DNA of 64,000 bases from a bacterium (GTDB lineage: Bacteria; UBP15; UBA6099; JAJRTR01). Every line of letters starts with the position of its first letter. The first letter of the stretch is position 1. The notes beneath the pieces were generated by a model. It saw only the letters and a list, made by a program, of their open reading frames with translations. It did not search any database and had not been told where the DNA came from. Shown here in pieces: positions 26,969 to 37,100 of this stretch. Location: the NCBI GenBank assembly GCA_024278215.1, contig JAJRTR010000135.1:11651-75650 (forward strand). The letters run 5' to 3'. Made by a program: the position numbers and the translations under genes.

Positions 26969-28174
26969 TTACGCGCTGAGGTTTCCTGCCTGTGTTGTAC
27001 TGCCGAATTCATAGTTCGGCTCGATGGAGACTCGCAGGCAATGCCGGCCGATAATCTTGGGCGGTGCCTGCCTCAGCGAAAGTCCGGCCGCCACGCTCAT
27101 ATACGGCACGAGAGCAGCGACTCTTTCAGGCGATTCGTTTCCTATGTACACCATGTTTTTCAGCGGATTGGCATGAACCGCCGGGATGCCCAGATCGTCT
27201 TCGAAATATCTGGCTATTCCCTTCAAATATGATCCGCCGCCGGTGATGATTATTTTCGTTACATTTTCTCCACGGTATTTCGATGTATAGTATGCGAGCG
27301 ACCTTCTTATCTCGAGAGCCAGATTCTCAATGTGAGGCCGTATAAGCTCATACACATCGCGCGTCTCGTCGTCTATCTCGATGAACTCCGATTCCTCGTC
27401 TATAAAAGCGAGTCCTTTTTCCTTTTTCAATCTTTCCGAATCGAGGTATTCGGCTCCGAAGCCCGATTCAATAGCGTGTGTCAGCGTGTCGCCGCCTGTG
27501 CCGAATATCCTTGTGAAGCGCAGGATGCCGTTTTTGAGAATGCTGACACTTGACGCGCTTGCGCCAAGGTCCAGAAGCAGAAATGTTTGTGTAAAAGTAT
27601 CCTGATCGTCGAAAAGTGAAGCCTCGACTACCGAACGCAGCATGACAAAAGGGTCCACGTCGATTTCGACAGACTCGACACCGCCTATATGTGCCGCTTC
27701 GACTCGCCTCTGTACCGCTTCTCGATGGGCCGCGACGAAAAGCACACTCGTCTGTTTCACATCTCCCTGCTTTATTTCTCCCAGCACCTCGTAGTCGTAT
27801 TCCATTTCATCCAGCGGGAACGGAAGAAAACGCTCGACTTCGCCTATCGCCGCGACTTTCAGTTCTTTATCGCTGAGGCCGACCGGCAGTGAAACCTGCC
27901 TGATGACAACCGCGCGGCCCGGAAGAGAACACACAACTCGTTTCTCTTTAAAGTTGTAAACTTTCAGTATCTGGTATATCGCTTCGCCTATGGCGTCCGC
28001 ATTGTTGATCACGCCGTCGGTGATCGAGCCGATGGGCGTGGCTGCGAAACCGACATTCGCCAGTTGCAAACGAGCAGAAGTCGGCACGATATGCACCATC
28101 TTGATGTATCTCGTCCCTATATCAAGGCCGACTTTTGCCGAGTGGCCGCCTGATCCCAATCCGAAAATCGCCAA
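26969..28174 (-). CDS. pilM: type IV pilus assembly protein PilM (actin-like ATPase fold)
   Basis: DIGTRYIKMV...(FtsA/PilM actin-fold N-terminus). 401 aa. First gene of the operon. Confidence 0.75.
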   Translation of the reverse strand: MAIFGLGSGGHSAKVGLDIGTRYIKMVHIVPTSARLQLANVGFAATPIGSITDGVINNADAIGEAIYQILKVYNFKEKRVVCSLPGRAVVIRQVSLPVGLSDKELKVAAIGEVERFLPFPLDEMEYDYEVLGEIKQGDVKQTSVLFVAAHREAVQRRVEAAHIGGVESVEIDVDPFVMLRSVVEASLFDDQDTFTQTFLLLDLGASASSVSILKNGILRFTRIFGTGGDTLTHAIESGFGAEYLDSERLKKEKGLAFIDEESEFIEIDDETRDVYELIRPHIENLALEIRRSLAYYTSKYRGENVTKIIITGGGSYLKGIARYFEDDLGIPAVHANPLKNMVYIGNESPERVAALVPYMSVAAGLSLRQAPPKIIGRHCLRVSIEPNYEFGSTTQAGNLSA

Positions 28175-28210
28175 TTTAATTGCACCTTAATCTTAGTAAT
28201 TTGCCTTTCG

Positions 28211-28400
28211 CACTGCTAACCCGCATATTTCACCAATGCGGGCCAAAAATCGGGAGAATGCCTGTAATACAAGGCGCGGCAAGTGAGTGGTGCGGGAGCA
28301 TACTGCAGGTATGTGACCAATCCCGAATCGCCGCCGCAACGCAGTAGAACAGGCGTTATAGCGATTTTCCGGATTTCTTTGCGAGAAATCCGGGCCAATA
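28211..28400 (+). repeat. family-2 repeat / candidate structured-RNA element, copy 2
   Basis: CCCGCATATTTCACCAATGCGGG ... CCGGATTTCTTTGCGAGAAATCCGGG. Near-identical to the copy at 59221-59415 apart from one internal hairpin swap. Confidence 0.6.
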
Positions 28401-28572
28401 ATTAAGTGAAGTATATTATATATACTACTATACAGCAAGACAAAAAAATTTTTCCTGATTCTGAATAATCTGAATTTTCTCGGGGTTAAAATATCGGCAA
28501 CGCCGGCATATAAGCCGAATAATGTCGAGATTTACTCGGTCTCCGTATCGACCGAATATTGAATATCGCCGC

Positions 28573-28602
28573 CGAAAACCCGTTCGGCTTCTTTTCTTCT
28601 GT
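28573..28602 (+). terminator. orphan plus-strand intrinsic terminator-like hairpin
   Basis: GCCGAAaacccgTTCGGC is followed by TTCTTTTCTTCT. No plus-strand CDS precedes it. It lies about 170 bp downstream of family-2 copy 2. Confidence 0.35.
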
Positions 28603-28650
28603 CGAGCCGATTGCTAAACTCTGATTCTGCTGCGGTCGGCTCTATTATTC
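28603..28650 (+). mobile_element. family-1 MITE fragment (left terminal inverted repeat plus ~30 bp)
   Basis: GAGCCGATTGCTAAACTCTGATTCTGCTGCGGTCGGCT matches the left end of the 179 bp element and then stops. Confidence 0.5.
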
Positions 28651-28701
28651 TTCCGGCTCTCTCATGCTTTCCGAGGAGCCGGATACATTAAATATATTAA
28701 G

Positions 28702-28775
28702 TAGCCAGGGGCGGACTCGAACCGCCGACGCCACGGGTATGAGCCGTGTGCTCTAACCAGCTGAGCTACCTGGCC
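28702..28775 (-). tRNA. tRNA-Met (anticodon CAT; could alternatively be read as tRNA-Ile2 after lysidine modification)
   Basis: The reverse complement reads GGCCAGGTAGCTCAGCTGGTTAGAGCACACGGCTCATACCCGTGGCGTCGGCGGTTCGAGTCCGCCCCTGGCT. It folds as a cloverleaf with a D-arm TAGCTCAGCTGGTTAGAGCA, an anticodon loop CTCATAC, and a T-arm GGTTCGAGTCC. CCA is not encoded. Confidence 0.85.
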
Positions 28776-28888
28776 GTTATCTTTTCCGGGCTCTGTCAAA
28801 ACTCTGTGGATGAACCCGTTTTGCAGCCTAAAAAAAGATGGGACCCACTCCCATCCGGGGAACATTATAGGGGGCGCTTTTTGGATAG

Positions 28889-29590
28889 TCAACTGAAAGT
28901 TTCAAAATCAAGGCGTCCGTCGCGGATTACGATGCTTCTCGCGGCGGAAGCGCCCACATCGGGATCGTGTGTGACGAGGATGAGCGTCTGGCCCCGGTCT
29001 CTGTTCAGTGTTTTGAAGCAGTCCATGATGAGGGCGGCTGTTTTCGAGTCAAGATTGCCGGTGGGTTCGTCGGCGAGTATCACACCCGGGTTGTTGGCGA
29101 GTGAGCGGGCGATGCCGATGCGTTGTTGTTCGCCCGCGCTGAGTTGTCCGGGCCTGTGATGCGCACGCCGGCTCATGCCGAGTGTATCGAGCAGTTCTCC
29201 GGCGCGCCGGTGCCTCTGCGCCGCGCCGACTCCGGCCAGTTCCATAGGCAGCTCGACATTCTCCTGCGCGCTCAGTATCGGTATCAGGTTTATTCGCTGA
29301 AACACGAAGCCGATGTTGTGCAGTCTGATGCGGTCGATGTCCGAGGCGTTCATTTCCGTTGTGTCGCGACCGGCCACAAGCACCCGGCCCGCGGTGGGTC
29401 TGTCGATGCAGCCGAGCAGGTTCAGCAGTGTAGTCTTGCCCGAGCCGGAAGGCCCCATGATCGAAATAAAATCGCCCTCTTCCACTGTCATGTCGATCCC
29501 GGCAACGGCATAGACGGTCTGCCCGCCGAGCGTGTATTTCTTTTCGATTTTTCGCGCTTCAAGTATAGTTGCCATGTTCGACCTACTCAT
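28889..29590 (-). CDS. ABC transporter ATP-binding protein (MacB/LolD/FtsE-like)
   Basis: Walker A GPSGSGKTT, signature LSAGEQQR, Walker B ILADEPTGNLD. The start may be the internal Met at 29575. Confidence 0.85.
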   Translation of the reverse strand: MSRSNMATILEARKIEKKYTLGGQTVYAVAGIDMTVEEGDFISIMGPSGSGKTTLLNLLGCIDRPTAGRVLVAGRDTTEMNASDIDRIRLHNIGFVFQRINLIPILSAQENVELPMELAGVGAAQRHRRAGELLDTLGMSRRAHHRPGQLSAGEQQRIGIARSLANNPGVILADEPTGNLDSKTAALIMDCFKTLNRDRGQTLILVTHDPDVGASAARSIVIRDGRLDFETFS

Positions 29591-30749
29591 ACCTCAGGCT
29601 GTCCGCCAGGTTCCGCTTCATGATCATGTATGCGGGGAAAAGACCGGCGAACGCGCCGATTATTACCGCGATTACTATGCCTGTAATAAATATCCGGGGG
29701 GACACGTATGTGCTGAAAAATGTCTCCCCGAAAAAATGGTGTATTAGCTGGTTGATTGCTTTCGACAGGATGTATCCGAACAGGCATCCGAACAGGCCGC
29801 CGATTGCACTCAGGGTGATGGATTCGGAGATAATCAGTTTCACCACATAGGCACGCGAAGCGCCGATCACCATCAGTGTGGCAAACTCGCGCACCCGCTC
29901 CGCCACGCTCATGATCATCGTGCAGGCGACGAAAAGCACCCCGATTATCAGGGCGAAACACGACACGCCGAAGTGGATTCCACGCGCTATGCCGAGCATT
30001 TTCTTCGCCTGCTGCATGATGTCGTTCATCGTCTGCACATCCTGCTTCGGGAAAGCCGCCTTGAGCCTGGCGGCTACCTCCTTCGTTTCCACACCGTCCG
30101 CGGATTTTATCAGGAAATAGCTGGCACGGCCCGAACCTCCAAACATCTTCTGGACCGCTTTTATCGGCGCATAAGCGAACATATCGTATGCTTCATTGTT
30201 TTTCTTCAACCTGCCGATGATCTCGAGTTTCTGGCCGGTGATCAGTTCGAGTTTGTCGCCCAGTCCTTTATCCATATTCTCGGCGACCATGCCGCCGAGC
30301 ACCACAACCGGGCCGTCGTCGTCCTTGAGCCAGCGCCCTTTTTCCAGCGTCGCCGTCGGGCGCATCTTGAAAAAGTCCTTCTCCGGAATGCCCGACACCA
30401 TTGTCATAGCGTAGCCGAAACCCGCGCCGCCGCCCTCGGGTGAAAACGCCAGGTACACCGGCTCCACTATCGCCACGCCCGGTACCGCGCGGATCGCCTC
30501 CGCCTGTTTCTCTTTCAATGTCGCCGTACCCTGGAAGCCGAACGGCATCTTTGAAACATTCTTGGGAACCACAAAGAGGTCGGGGCCGCTGCTGCGGAAC
30601 ATCTCGTCGATCGAGCGCATCACTCCCTCGCTGATCGAGAGCAGCCCTACGGTGAAACCTATCGCGAGCACGATACCGAGCACGGTCAGCAGCGACCGGC
30701 TCCGGCGCCTCGACAGATTCCTGTAGCCAAGGGTAACGTAGCTTTTCAT
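29583..30749 (-). CDS. ABC transporter permease, FtsX-like (MacB/LolCE family)
   Basis: 388 aa. Transmembrane segment 1, a large periplasmic loop, then three C-terminal transmembrane segments. An 8 bp overlap with the ATPase gene implies an operon. Confidence 0.7.
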   Translation of the reverse strand: MKSYVTLGYRNLSRRRSRSLLTVLGIVLAIGFTVGLLSISEGVMRSIDEMFRSSGPDLFVVPKNVSKMPFGFQGTATLKEKQAEAIRAVPGVAIVEPVYLAFSPEGGGAGFGYAMTMVSGIPEKDFFKMRPTATLEKGRWLKDDDGPVVVLGGMVAENMDKGLGDKLELITGQKLEIIGRLKKNNEAYDMFAYAPIKAVQKMFGGSGRASYFLIKSADGVETKEVAARLKAAFPKQDVQTMNDIMQQAKKMLGIARGIHFGVSCFALIIGVLFVACTMIMSVAERVREFATLMVIGASRAYVVKLIISESITLSAIGGLFGCLFGYILSKAINQLIHHFFGETFFSTYVSPRIFITGIVIAVIIGAFAGLFPAYMIMKRNLADSLRYE

Positions 30750-30921
30750 ATACTTAATTATTTATACCGTCACATTTTTTGCAAGGGCACGCGAATTCTT
30801 GATTTATGAATTTAGCCGCCACCGCTTTAAAAAACTGTGCATTCGGGGCATAATAGATATGGAATATAATCACTTTTCAGCATTGCATTCAGATGATTCA
30901 ACACACGCGGGAGGACGGCCT

Positions 30922-31809
30922 ATGAGAGTCTTGATCACAGGAGCATCGGGATATTTCGGCAAGTTGCTGGTACATGCGCTCAGATCGGACACGGGGGATA
31001 AGATAGATGTCATCGGCGTCGATGTGCGTGAGACACACACGCGCGGCGACGACACGATGAAATTCGTCTCGGGCGACACGCGCAAGAAAAGAATCGAGGA
31101 CCTTTTCAAGACCGAGGGGAAGATCGATGTCGTGATCCATCTGGCCCGCGACTCGTCTCCCGACCTCAGCAGCGACCAGTCGATGATGACGAATGTCTAC
31201 GGCACCTTCCACATGCTCGAACTCGCCGAAAAGTATGGTGTGAAGAAATTCATCTTCCCCAGTTCTTCCATTGTATACGGTGCGCACATGGATAATCCCG
31301 CGTTGATAAAAGAAGACCATCCGCTGCTGGGCAACCGTGATGTGAAAACTATTCGCGACCGGATCGAGGCGGACCTGATATGCCAGACATATTCGCCCGG
31401 CGCGGATAAAATGAATATCGTTATCCTGCGCACTGTACCGATATGGCGCACGGCGGGCGGCGGCACTCTGGCGCGCTACATGAAGGGCGAACTGGTACCG
31501 GTCTTCCTCGGCTTCGATCCCATGTTCCAGATTATCTATGACGACGAGGTCATCGAGGCGTTCAGACTGGCGACCCGGATCGAAGACGCGCGGGGCGCGT
31601 ACAATATTCCGGGGCGCATCTTCATGCCGCTTTCAAAAGTGATAAAGCACCTGGGCAAGAAACCGCTGCCGCTGCCCGAGTTCCTCGTCCACAAAAAGGG
31701 ACAGTACCGCTGGTCGTCGCAACTGAGATTCGATTTCAATTACCTTAAATACCCTTTCTGCGTCGACGGCACAAAGGCGAAGGAAGAGCTCGGCTACAAT
31801 CCGAGTTGA
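30922..31809 (+). CDS. NAD-dependent epimerase/dehydratase family protein (SDR fold)
   Basis: MRVLITGASGYFG (GxxGxxG Rossmann). A good Shine-Dalgarno sequence GGGAGGA sits 6 nt upstream of the ATG at 30922. The ORF-track start at 30799 lacks an RBS. Confidence 0.7.
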   Translation: MRVLITGASGYFGKLLVHALRSDTGDKIDVIGVDVRETHTRGDDTMKFVSGDTRKKRIEDLFKTEGKIDVVIHLARDSSPDLSSDQSMMTNVYGTFHMLELAEKYGVKKFIFPSSSIVYGAHMDNPALIKEDHPLLGNRDVKTIRDRIEADLICQTYSPGADKMNIVILRTVPIWRTAGGGTLARYMKGELVPVFLGFDPMFQIIYDDEVIEAFRLATRIEDARGAYNIPGRIFMPLSKVIKHLGKKPLPLPEFLVHKKGQYRWSSQLRFDFNYLKYPFCVDGTKAKEELGYNPS

Positions 31810-31858
31810 CAATCGGCAACAATCTTCAGCGTCAAAATATTTTTATTGGAGTTATGCA

Positions 31859-32716
31859 ATGGGAGACATGCCGGATTTCAAAATTAAAGATTTCATGAAT
31901 GGAACCGTCAAGGAGTTCATAGCCGACAGAATCCGGAATTCCGATGTGGTGTTCACGGACAACGGGGAATACGACGAGTTCGGCACGGAGGTTGAAGGCG
32001 CGGCGGATTTTTTCACTTTTCTCACGTTCATGTACAAGAAATATTTCAGGGTGGACCTGCACGGACTCGGTAATCTGCCGGTGGAGGGGCCCGGACTACT
32101 GGTGTCGAACCATGCGCCCATTCTACCTATCGACGGGATGATGATAGGCACGGGGATACTCATAGAGATGGAAAAACCGCGCCTCATCAGGGCCATCGTC
32201 AATCGCAGCATCTCCGACATACCGTTCTTTTCGACGCTGATGTACAGGACCGGCCAGGTCATCGGCTGCGACGAAAACGTCAGGCGCGTATTCGAGAACG
32301 GCAACCTGGTGCTCGTGTTCCCCACAGGCGCGGAAGGACGCCCACATTCGATTTTCAACAAATATCACCTCGACAAGTTTACGCTCGGTTTCATGGAATA
32401 TGCGCTGCGGCACAGGACTCCGATCATACCGACATGCGTCACCGGCTCCGAGGAAGCCGCGATGACGCTCGTGGGGATAGACCTGCCGCTTGCAGGCTTC
32501 AAACACCTGCCGCTCACACCCATATTCCCGTGGCTCGGACCGCTGGGCCTCGTGCCGTTCCCCTCCAAGTTCGACATCTATTTCGGCGAGCCGATCCACT
32601 ACTACAAGGACCACGCGGGCGATGCGGACAACCCGGAGAAAGTGCGCGAGATCGTCGACGATCTCCACGACAGGATAAAGTCCATGCTCGACAAGGCGCT
32701 GGGCAGAGAATCTTAA
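31859..32716 (+). CDS. lysophospholipid acyltransferase (PlsC-like, PF01553-type) family protein, paralog 1
   Basis: GLGNLPVEGPGLLVSNHAPILPIDG (motif I-like) ... VFPTGAEG (degenerate FPEGTR motif III). About 45% identical to the gene at 33253-34119. Confidence 0.5.
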   Translation: MGDMPDFKIKDFMNGTVKEFIADRIRNSDVVFTDNGEYDEFGTEVEGAADFFTFLTFMYKKYFRVDLHGLGNLPVEGPGLLVSNHAPILPIDGMMIGTGILIEMEKPRLIRAIVNRSISDIPFFSTLMYRTGQVIGCDENVRRVFENGNLVLVFPTGAEGRPHSIFNKYHLDKFTLGFMEYALRHRTPIIPTCVTGSEEAAMTLVGIDLPLAGFKHLPLTPIFPWLGPLGLVPFPSKFDIYFGEPIHYYKDHAGDADNPEKVREIVDDLHDRIKSMLDKALGRES

Positions 32717-32759
32717 AGCGCGGATTTCGAGTTATAATATTGTTGAGAGGTGTGTCTAC

Positions 32760-32975
32760 ATGAAATTCAATATAATCCTGCAACAGTCGGAAGAGTGTGG
32801 CTTCGATGTAATTGTTCCGGCCCTGGACGGCTGTTATACGCAGGGAGAAACAGAGCAGGAAGCGATCATCAATGCGAGGGAAGCGATTATCTGCTATCTT
32901 GAGGGCCTTCAAAAATTGAATCAGATAAAATCAACACCAAAAGTTATTTTAAAGGAAATTGAGGTTGCTCTTTGA
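32760..32975 (+). CDS. hicB: type II antitoxin HicB (UPF0150 family)
   Basis: [43 protein letters not shown] is a canonical HicB/UPF0150 sequence. 71 aa. A 4 bp overlap with the next gene. The region has lower GC than its flanks. Confidence 0.8.
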   Translation: MKFNIILQQSEECGFDVIVPALDGCYTQGETEQEAIINAREAIICYLEGLQKLNQIKSTPKVILKEIEVAL

Positions 32976-33187
32976 GCAGAACATTTTCTGGCGAGGAACT
33001 CGTGAAAGCACTCCGAAGATCAGGATTTGTTGTCGATCATCAGAGAGGCAGCCATATTTTCATGCATAATCTGGAGAAAAATATATCCGTTATTATCCCA
33101 TTGCATAAAGAGGTTAAAAAAGGCACCTTGAATAACATCATCAAGAAAGCAGGCTTAACATTGAACGAGTTGCAGGAGCTTGTTTAA
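32972..33187 (+). CDS. hicA: type II toxin HicA (YcfA-like mRNA interferase)
   Basis: ...[24 protein letters not shown]...[21 protein letters not shown] is a canonical HicA sequence. 71 aa. Confidence 0.8.
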   Translation: MSRTFSGEELVKALRRSGFVVDHQRGSHIFMHNLEKNISVIIPLHKEVKKGTLNNIIKKAGLTLNELQELV

Positions 33188-33252
33188 CCCGGATTTCTCA
33201 CAAAGAAATCCGGGTTAAACAGGAAATTTGTGGGATATGATGTGGCAGATAA

Positions 33253-34119
33253 ATGATAGAACACTTCAGAAAATATCTTAAAGAATTCGGTTCAAAAGAA
33301 CTTGCCGGAAAACTCGATCGCGTCATGGCCGGGAAAAAAGACTCCGGCGAATCGGGCGATGTCGACAAATTCGGTTTCGACCCCGCTTATCTCAAAGACT
33401 ACTTCCCCGCGATGCACGCAGTCTACAGGAACTGGTTCCGCACCGGCACGCACGGGCTGGAGAATCTGCCCGCCGACGGCCCGGCGCTGATAATCGCCAA
33501 CCACAGCGGACAGGTGCCCATCGACGGCCTGCTGCTCACCACCGCCGCCATCCTCGAAACCGACACTCCGCGCCTGCTTCGCTCGATGATCGACTACTGG
33601 GTGCCGGGGCTCCCGTTTTTCAGCGTGCTGTTCGCGCGCATGGGGCAGGTTGTGGGCGTTTGGGAGAACGCTGTCGAACTGCTCGCCGACGGAGAAATGC
33701 TGCTAATATTCCCCGAAGGCACACGCGGGCTGGGCAAAACATGGGACAAGCGCTACCGGCTGCAGGACTTCACAGTCGGTTTCATGGAACTCGCCGTCAT
33801 GTACGACGCGCCCATTATCCCCACAGCCGTCATAGGCGGCGAAGAGCAGATGCCCAGCCTCTTCGACGCACAGCCTATCGCGAAACTACTAAACGCGCCT
33901 TACTTCCCCATCACACCGACCTTTCCGCTGTTCGGACTCAAGGGCGCGGTGCCCTATCCCGTGAAATACGACATATACTTCGGCGAGCCGCTGGACTACT
34001 CACAGTACAAAGACGACTTGCCCCACCCCGAGCGCATCAGGCACCATGTTGAAGAAGTCAGGACGATACTCCAGGAAATGATCGACGAAAAGCTCAAAGA
34101 CCGCACATTCCCATTCTGA
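33253..34119 (+). CDS. lysophospholipid acyltransferase (PlsC-like) family protein, paralog 2
   Basis: GLENLPADGPALIIANHSGQVPIDG ... IFPEGTRG (intact motif III) ... a proline-rich C-terminal region shared with paralog 1. Confidence 0.55.
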   Translation: MIEHFRKYLKEFGSKELAGKLDRVMAGKKDSGESGDVDKFGFDPAYLKDYFPAMHAVYRNWFRTGTHGLENLPADGPALIIANHSGQVPIDGLLLTTAAILETDTPRLLRSMIDYWVPGLPFFSVLFARMGQVVGVWENAVELLADGEMLLIFPEGTRGLGKTWDKRYRLQDFTVGFMELAVMYDAPIIPTAVIGGEEQMPSLFDAQPIAKLLNAPYFPITPTFPLFGLKGAVPYPVKYDIYFGEPLDYSQYKDDLPHPERIRHHVEEVRTILQEMIDEKLKDRTFPF

Positions 34120-34148
34120 CTCATATTATTGTTCAACCACCAGTTCAT

Positions 34149-37100
34149 TCAGAGCCGCGATTTGAGACCCGCGGTGAAGCTGGTCTCTTCAAGGGGTTTG
34201 GTGGTTGCGCTTTTGGATTTTGCGAGTATTTTTTTGAAATCAAGATTGAAATTTGTTCTGGAACTGACGGAATAAGTGAAGCCGAATCCATAGTTTATGG
34301 AATTGACGCCGGTTGTGCCGCCCTGGTCTTTACTGGAGTAATTTGTTTTGATTCTGAATCCCGGTTTGTATTTGTAGGCATACTTGATGTCGAACTCCGT
34401 TGTTGGATAATTGACCATTTTTTTCACACCGTAGCCTCCTGACAGGACAGCTTTGGCGGAAGCGTTATAATTATAGGTCAACTTGTAATATTTGTACGGC
34501 TGCGTGGAGCCGTTCTGGTCTTCGTAGAAAGACGTTGTCCTGATCTTTTTTGTCGGCGTGAGATTGACGGTGAATTTGTTGCGGTCATCAGGATTGGTGT
34601 CGACACTTGCGGAATCGGGGATAACGAGGTTTTGTGTCGTCTTATCCTTGAAAGTTCTGTCCCAGGAGATGTTCAATTTCATTTTGCTTTTCCTGGGGGT
34701 ATATTTAAGAGTCCACTTTCTTTCCTTTTCTTTTGTCCAGGCAGCAGTAGTCTGGTTGACCTTTCTGGTGAAAGTGGGTGTCCACTTTAAGTTTTTTCTG
34801 ATATTCCAGGTAAAGTTGAAGGTGTTGGTGTCGGTCTTGGTGGGAGCAACCTGCTGGCTGGTTTTGTTGCGAATGAACGAAAGTTTGATGCCTGTGAAGT
34901 TATACATGTTCGCAAGGTTGACGGTGTAGGTGTTTTTTTCATCTATCTTTGTTTCCGCGAGATCATTGTCACGAGAAGTGTTCTTATCGAATTTCAACTT
35001 GAGGCTTATATATCTGATTGGTTTGTATGACAGGTTGTAGACGTTCTTGCGCGTCCTTGAGCCGGTCTGCTTGACGTTGGACCTGCTGAAGGCCGAGGTG
35101 AGACTGAATCCGCGCCTTGATTTCGGAGAGAAAGCGAGATTGAGGTTTTTCAGAACGGTAGTAGTGTCGGCAGACACTTGCTGGGCTTTTTCGATGTCGG
35201 TGACCTTGTAGCCGCCGTCGACGGCGAGAGCGAGTTTTCTAAGGTCCATTTTTATGCCGTAGTCCCTGTTGGTTGTAAGGTTATTTATAAGCTTGGTGTT
35301 TGCGGACGTGATGCCGGATATGCCGCTGTCGCCTTTCACATCGTGCACGAGCGAAAGAGATTTTATGCCCCAGACAGGTCTGCCTGTCGAATATGAAATG
35401 TTATGCTTTTTGTGATATGTCTCGATGAGAGAATCTGTTTTTCCGGCCGAGAAGCTCTTTTTTGTTGAATTATCCGTCAGGTATCCGATCGTCCAGTTTT
35501 TAAGGAATTTGAGAGAGAAGTCACCTTTGATATAGCCGGTTTCCTTGCTGTTGCCTTTGACTTTGCCCGACATGCTTGTATCGAAGTATGGATCGATGAC
35601 GCGTTTTTCCAGGTTCATCTTGAAGCCCTTATACTTGTAGCTGTTTTTCAAAACGACGGCGTCGCCGTCTACTACTTCGCTCAGCACTTCGTCGTAGATA
35701 TAGCTGACTGATATTCTGTCGCCTTCGGACGGGAAAGCTTCCCCGAATTTCACAAGAAACATATCTTTGCCGCCGATTTCTCCTTCGTCGAACTCCCTGT
35801 AGATAACCAGGTTCCCCTGCTCGCGGTCGACACCGATAAACTCCGGATCCGTTTTAGTATTCAAATTATGCGTTATCGATTTGTAAATATAGTTACCGGT
35901 TGACGGATCGGTAATACAGGGAAACGTATACCAGTCACTCTCTCTATTGTCTGCGTTGTAGATTTCATAGCTCACAGCTTTATCCTTGTCGTCGCATTTG
36001 TAATCATTACCATCTTCGTCTTTGCAGATATACTGGCCGCGCTCACAGAACTGCATGGAGACAAGGACTTTTCCCTGGCCGCTGATGTTGTCGTTATTGA
36101 GTTTGCAGACGAGTTTTCGGCCTGTTGCGTTTTCGATGTCGCCCGTGGGAACAACATATTCGCATATTTCGCCTTTGCTTTCATAATTTCGGTATCTTGT
36201 ATCAGTGTCGACAATCATAGTTTCTTCGGCCGAGGTGAACTCGGAGGCGAGGTCGGAATTCGTGCGTGTGTACTGGACGTCGAAGGAAAGGTTGTCGGAT
36301 ACATTGACGTGTGTGTCGATGCCGAGGGCTGTTTTTGTGAATTTCGAGCCCGAGTCGAGTTCGGGCGGAGCGATATAGTAGGACATCAGGACATATTTTG
36401 TTTCTGTCGTTGGATTGCCGTAATAATTGCTTTCAACATCTTTGCTGAATTTGATATAATCGGTGTCTCCGGAAGTTTCTATATAATATGTGATCCCCTC
36501 CTGCTGGTCGAGGTCCGGCCGTATTCCCGGACAAAGCCCCGCATCATCCTTATCACCTGTTTTGCCTTCGAAGCAGACAAGCGGCAGGTTGTCGAGTTCC
36601 GCCGTTTCGTCCTGGGTGTCCGAAAGATAAACGAGTTCGCTGCCCGGCAGCATGTCGGACGGCAAGCCGCCTTCGGTGGTATCGGCATCGACAAATTTTA
36701 AAACCTGCACAACATCTTCGACGATTATATTCGGGTTGTAATAAGAGAACTCGATAGTGACACTTCCTTTGAGTCCTATGTTTTTCACATCTTCATCGCC
36801 GTTGTCGTAAAGAATGTATATCTGGCCGCTGAACAGGCTCCTGTGGCCGAGAATCACTGTCTCGGGATTCGACGTGGGTGTGTATCTTGTCGCACCGCTG
36901 ATAACCTTGACGGAGCCTTCTAATATATACGGATTGCCGAGATTTACACGGACGCAGGTGTTCGTAGCGGTATAGCCGGGGCAGTCCGCAGGTTCGACAT
37001 TTACCTGGGTATCCAGATTGAAAACTTTCGAGTCGCTGAATATGGACCTTGTGGAGCCGGACGGCGCCATGCTCAACATGTAGGCCGTGTTGATTTTATA

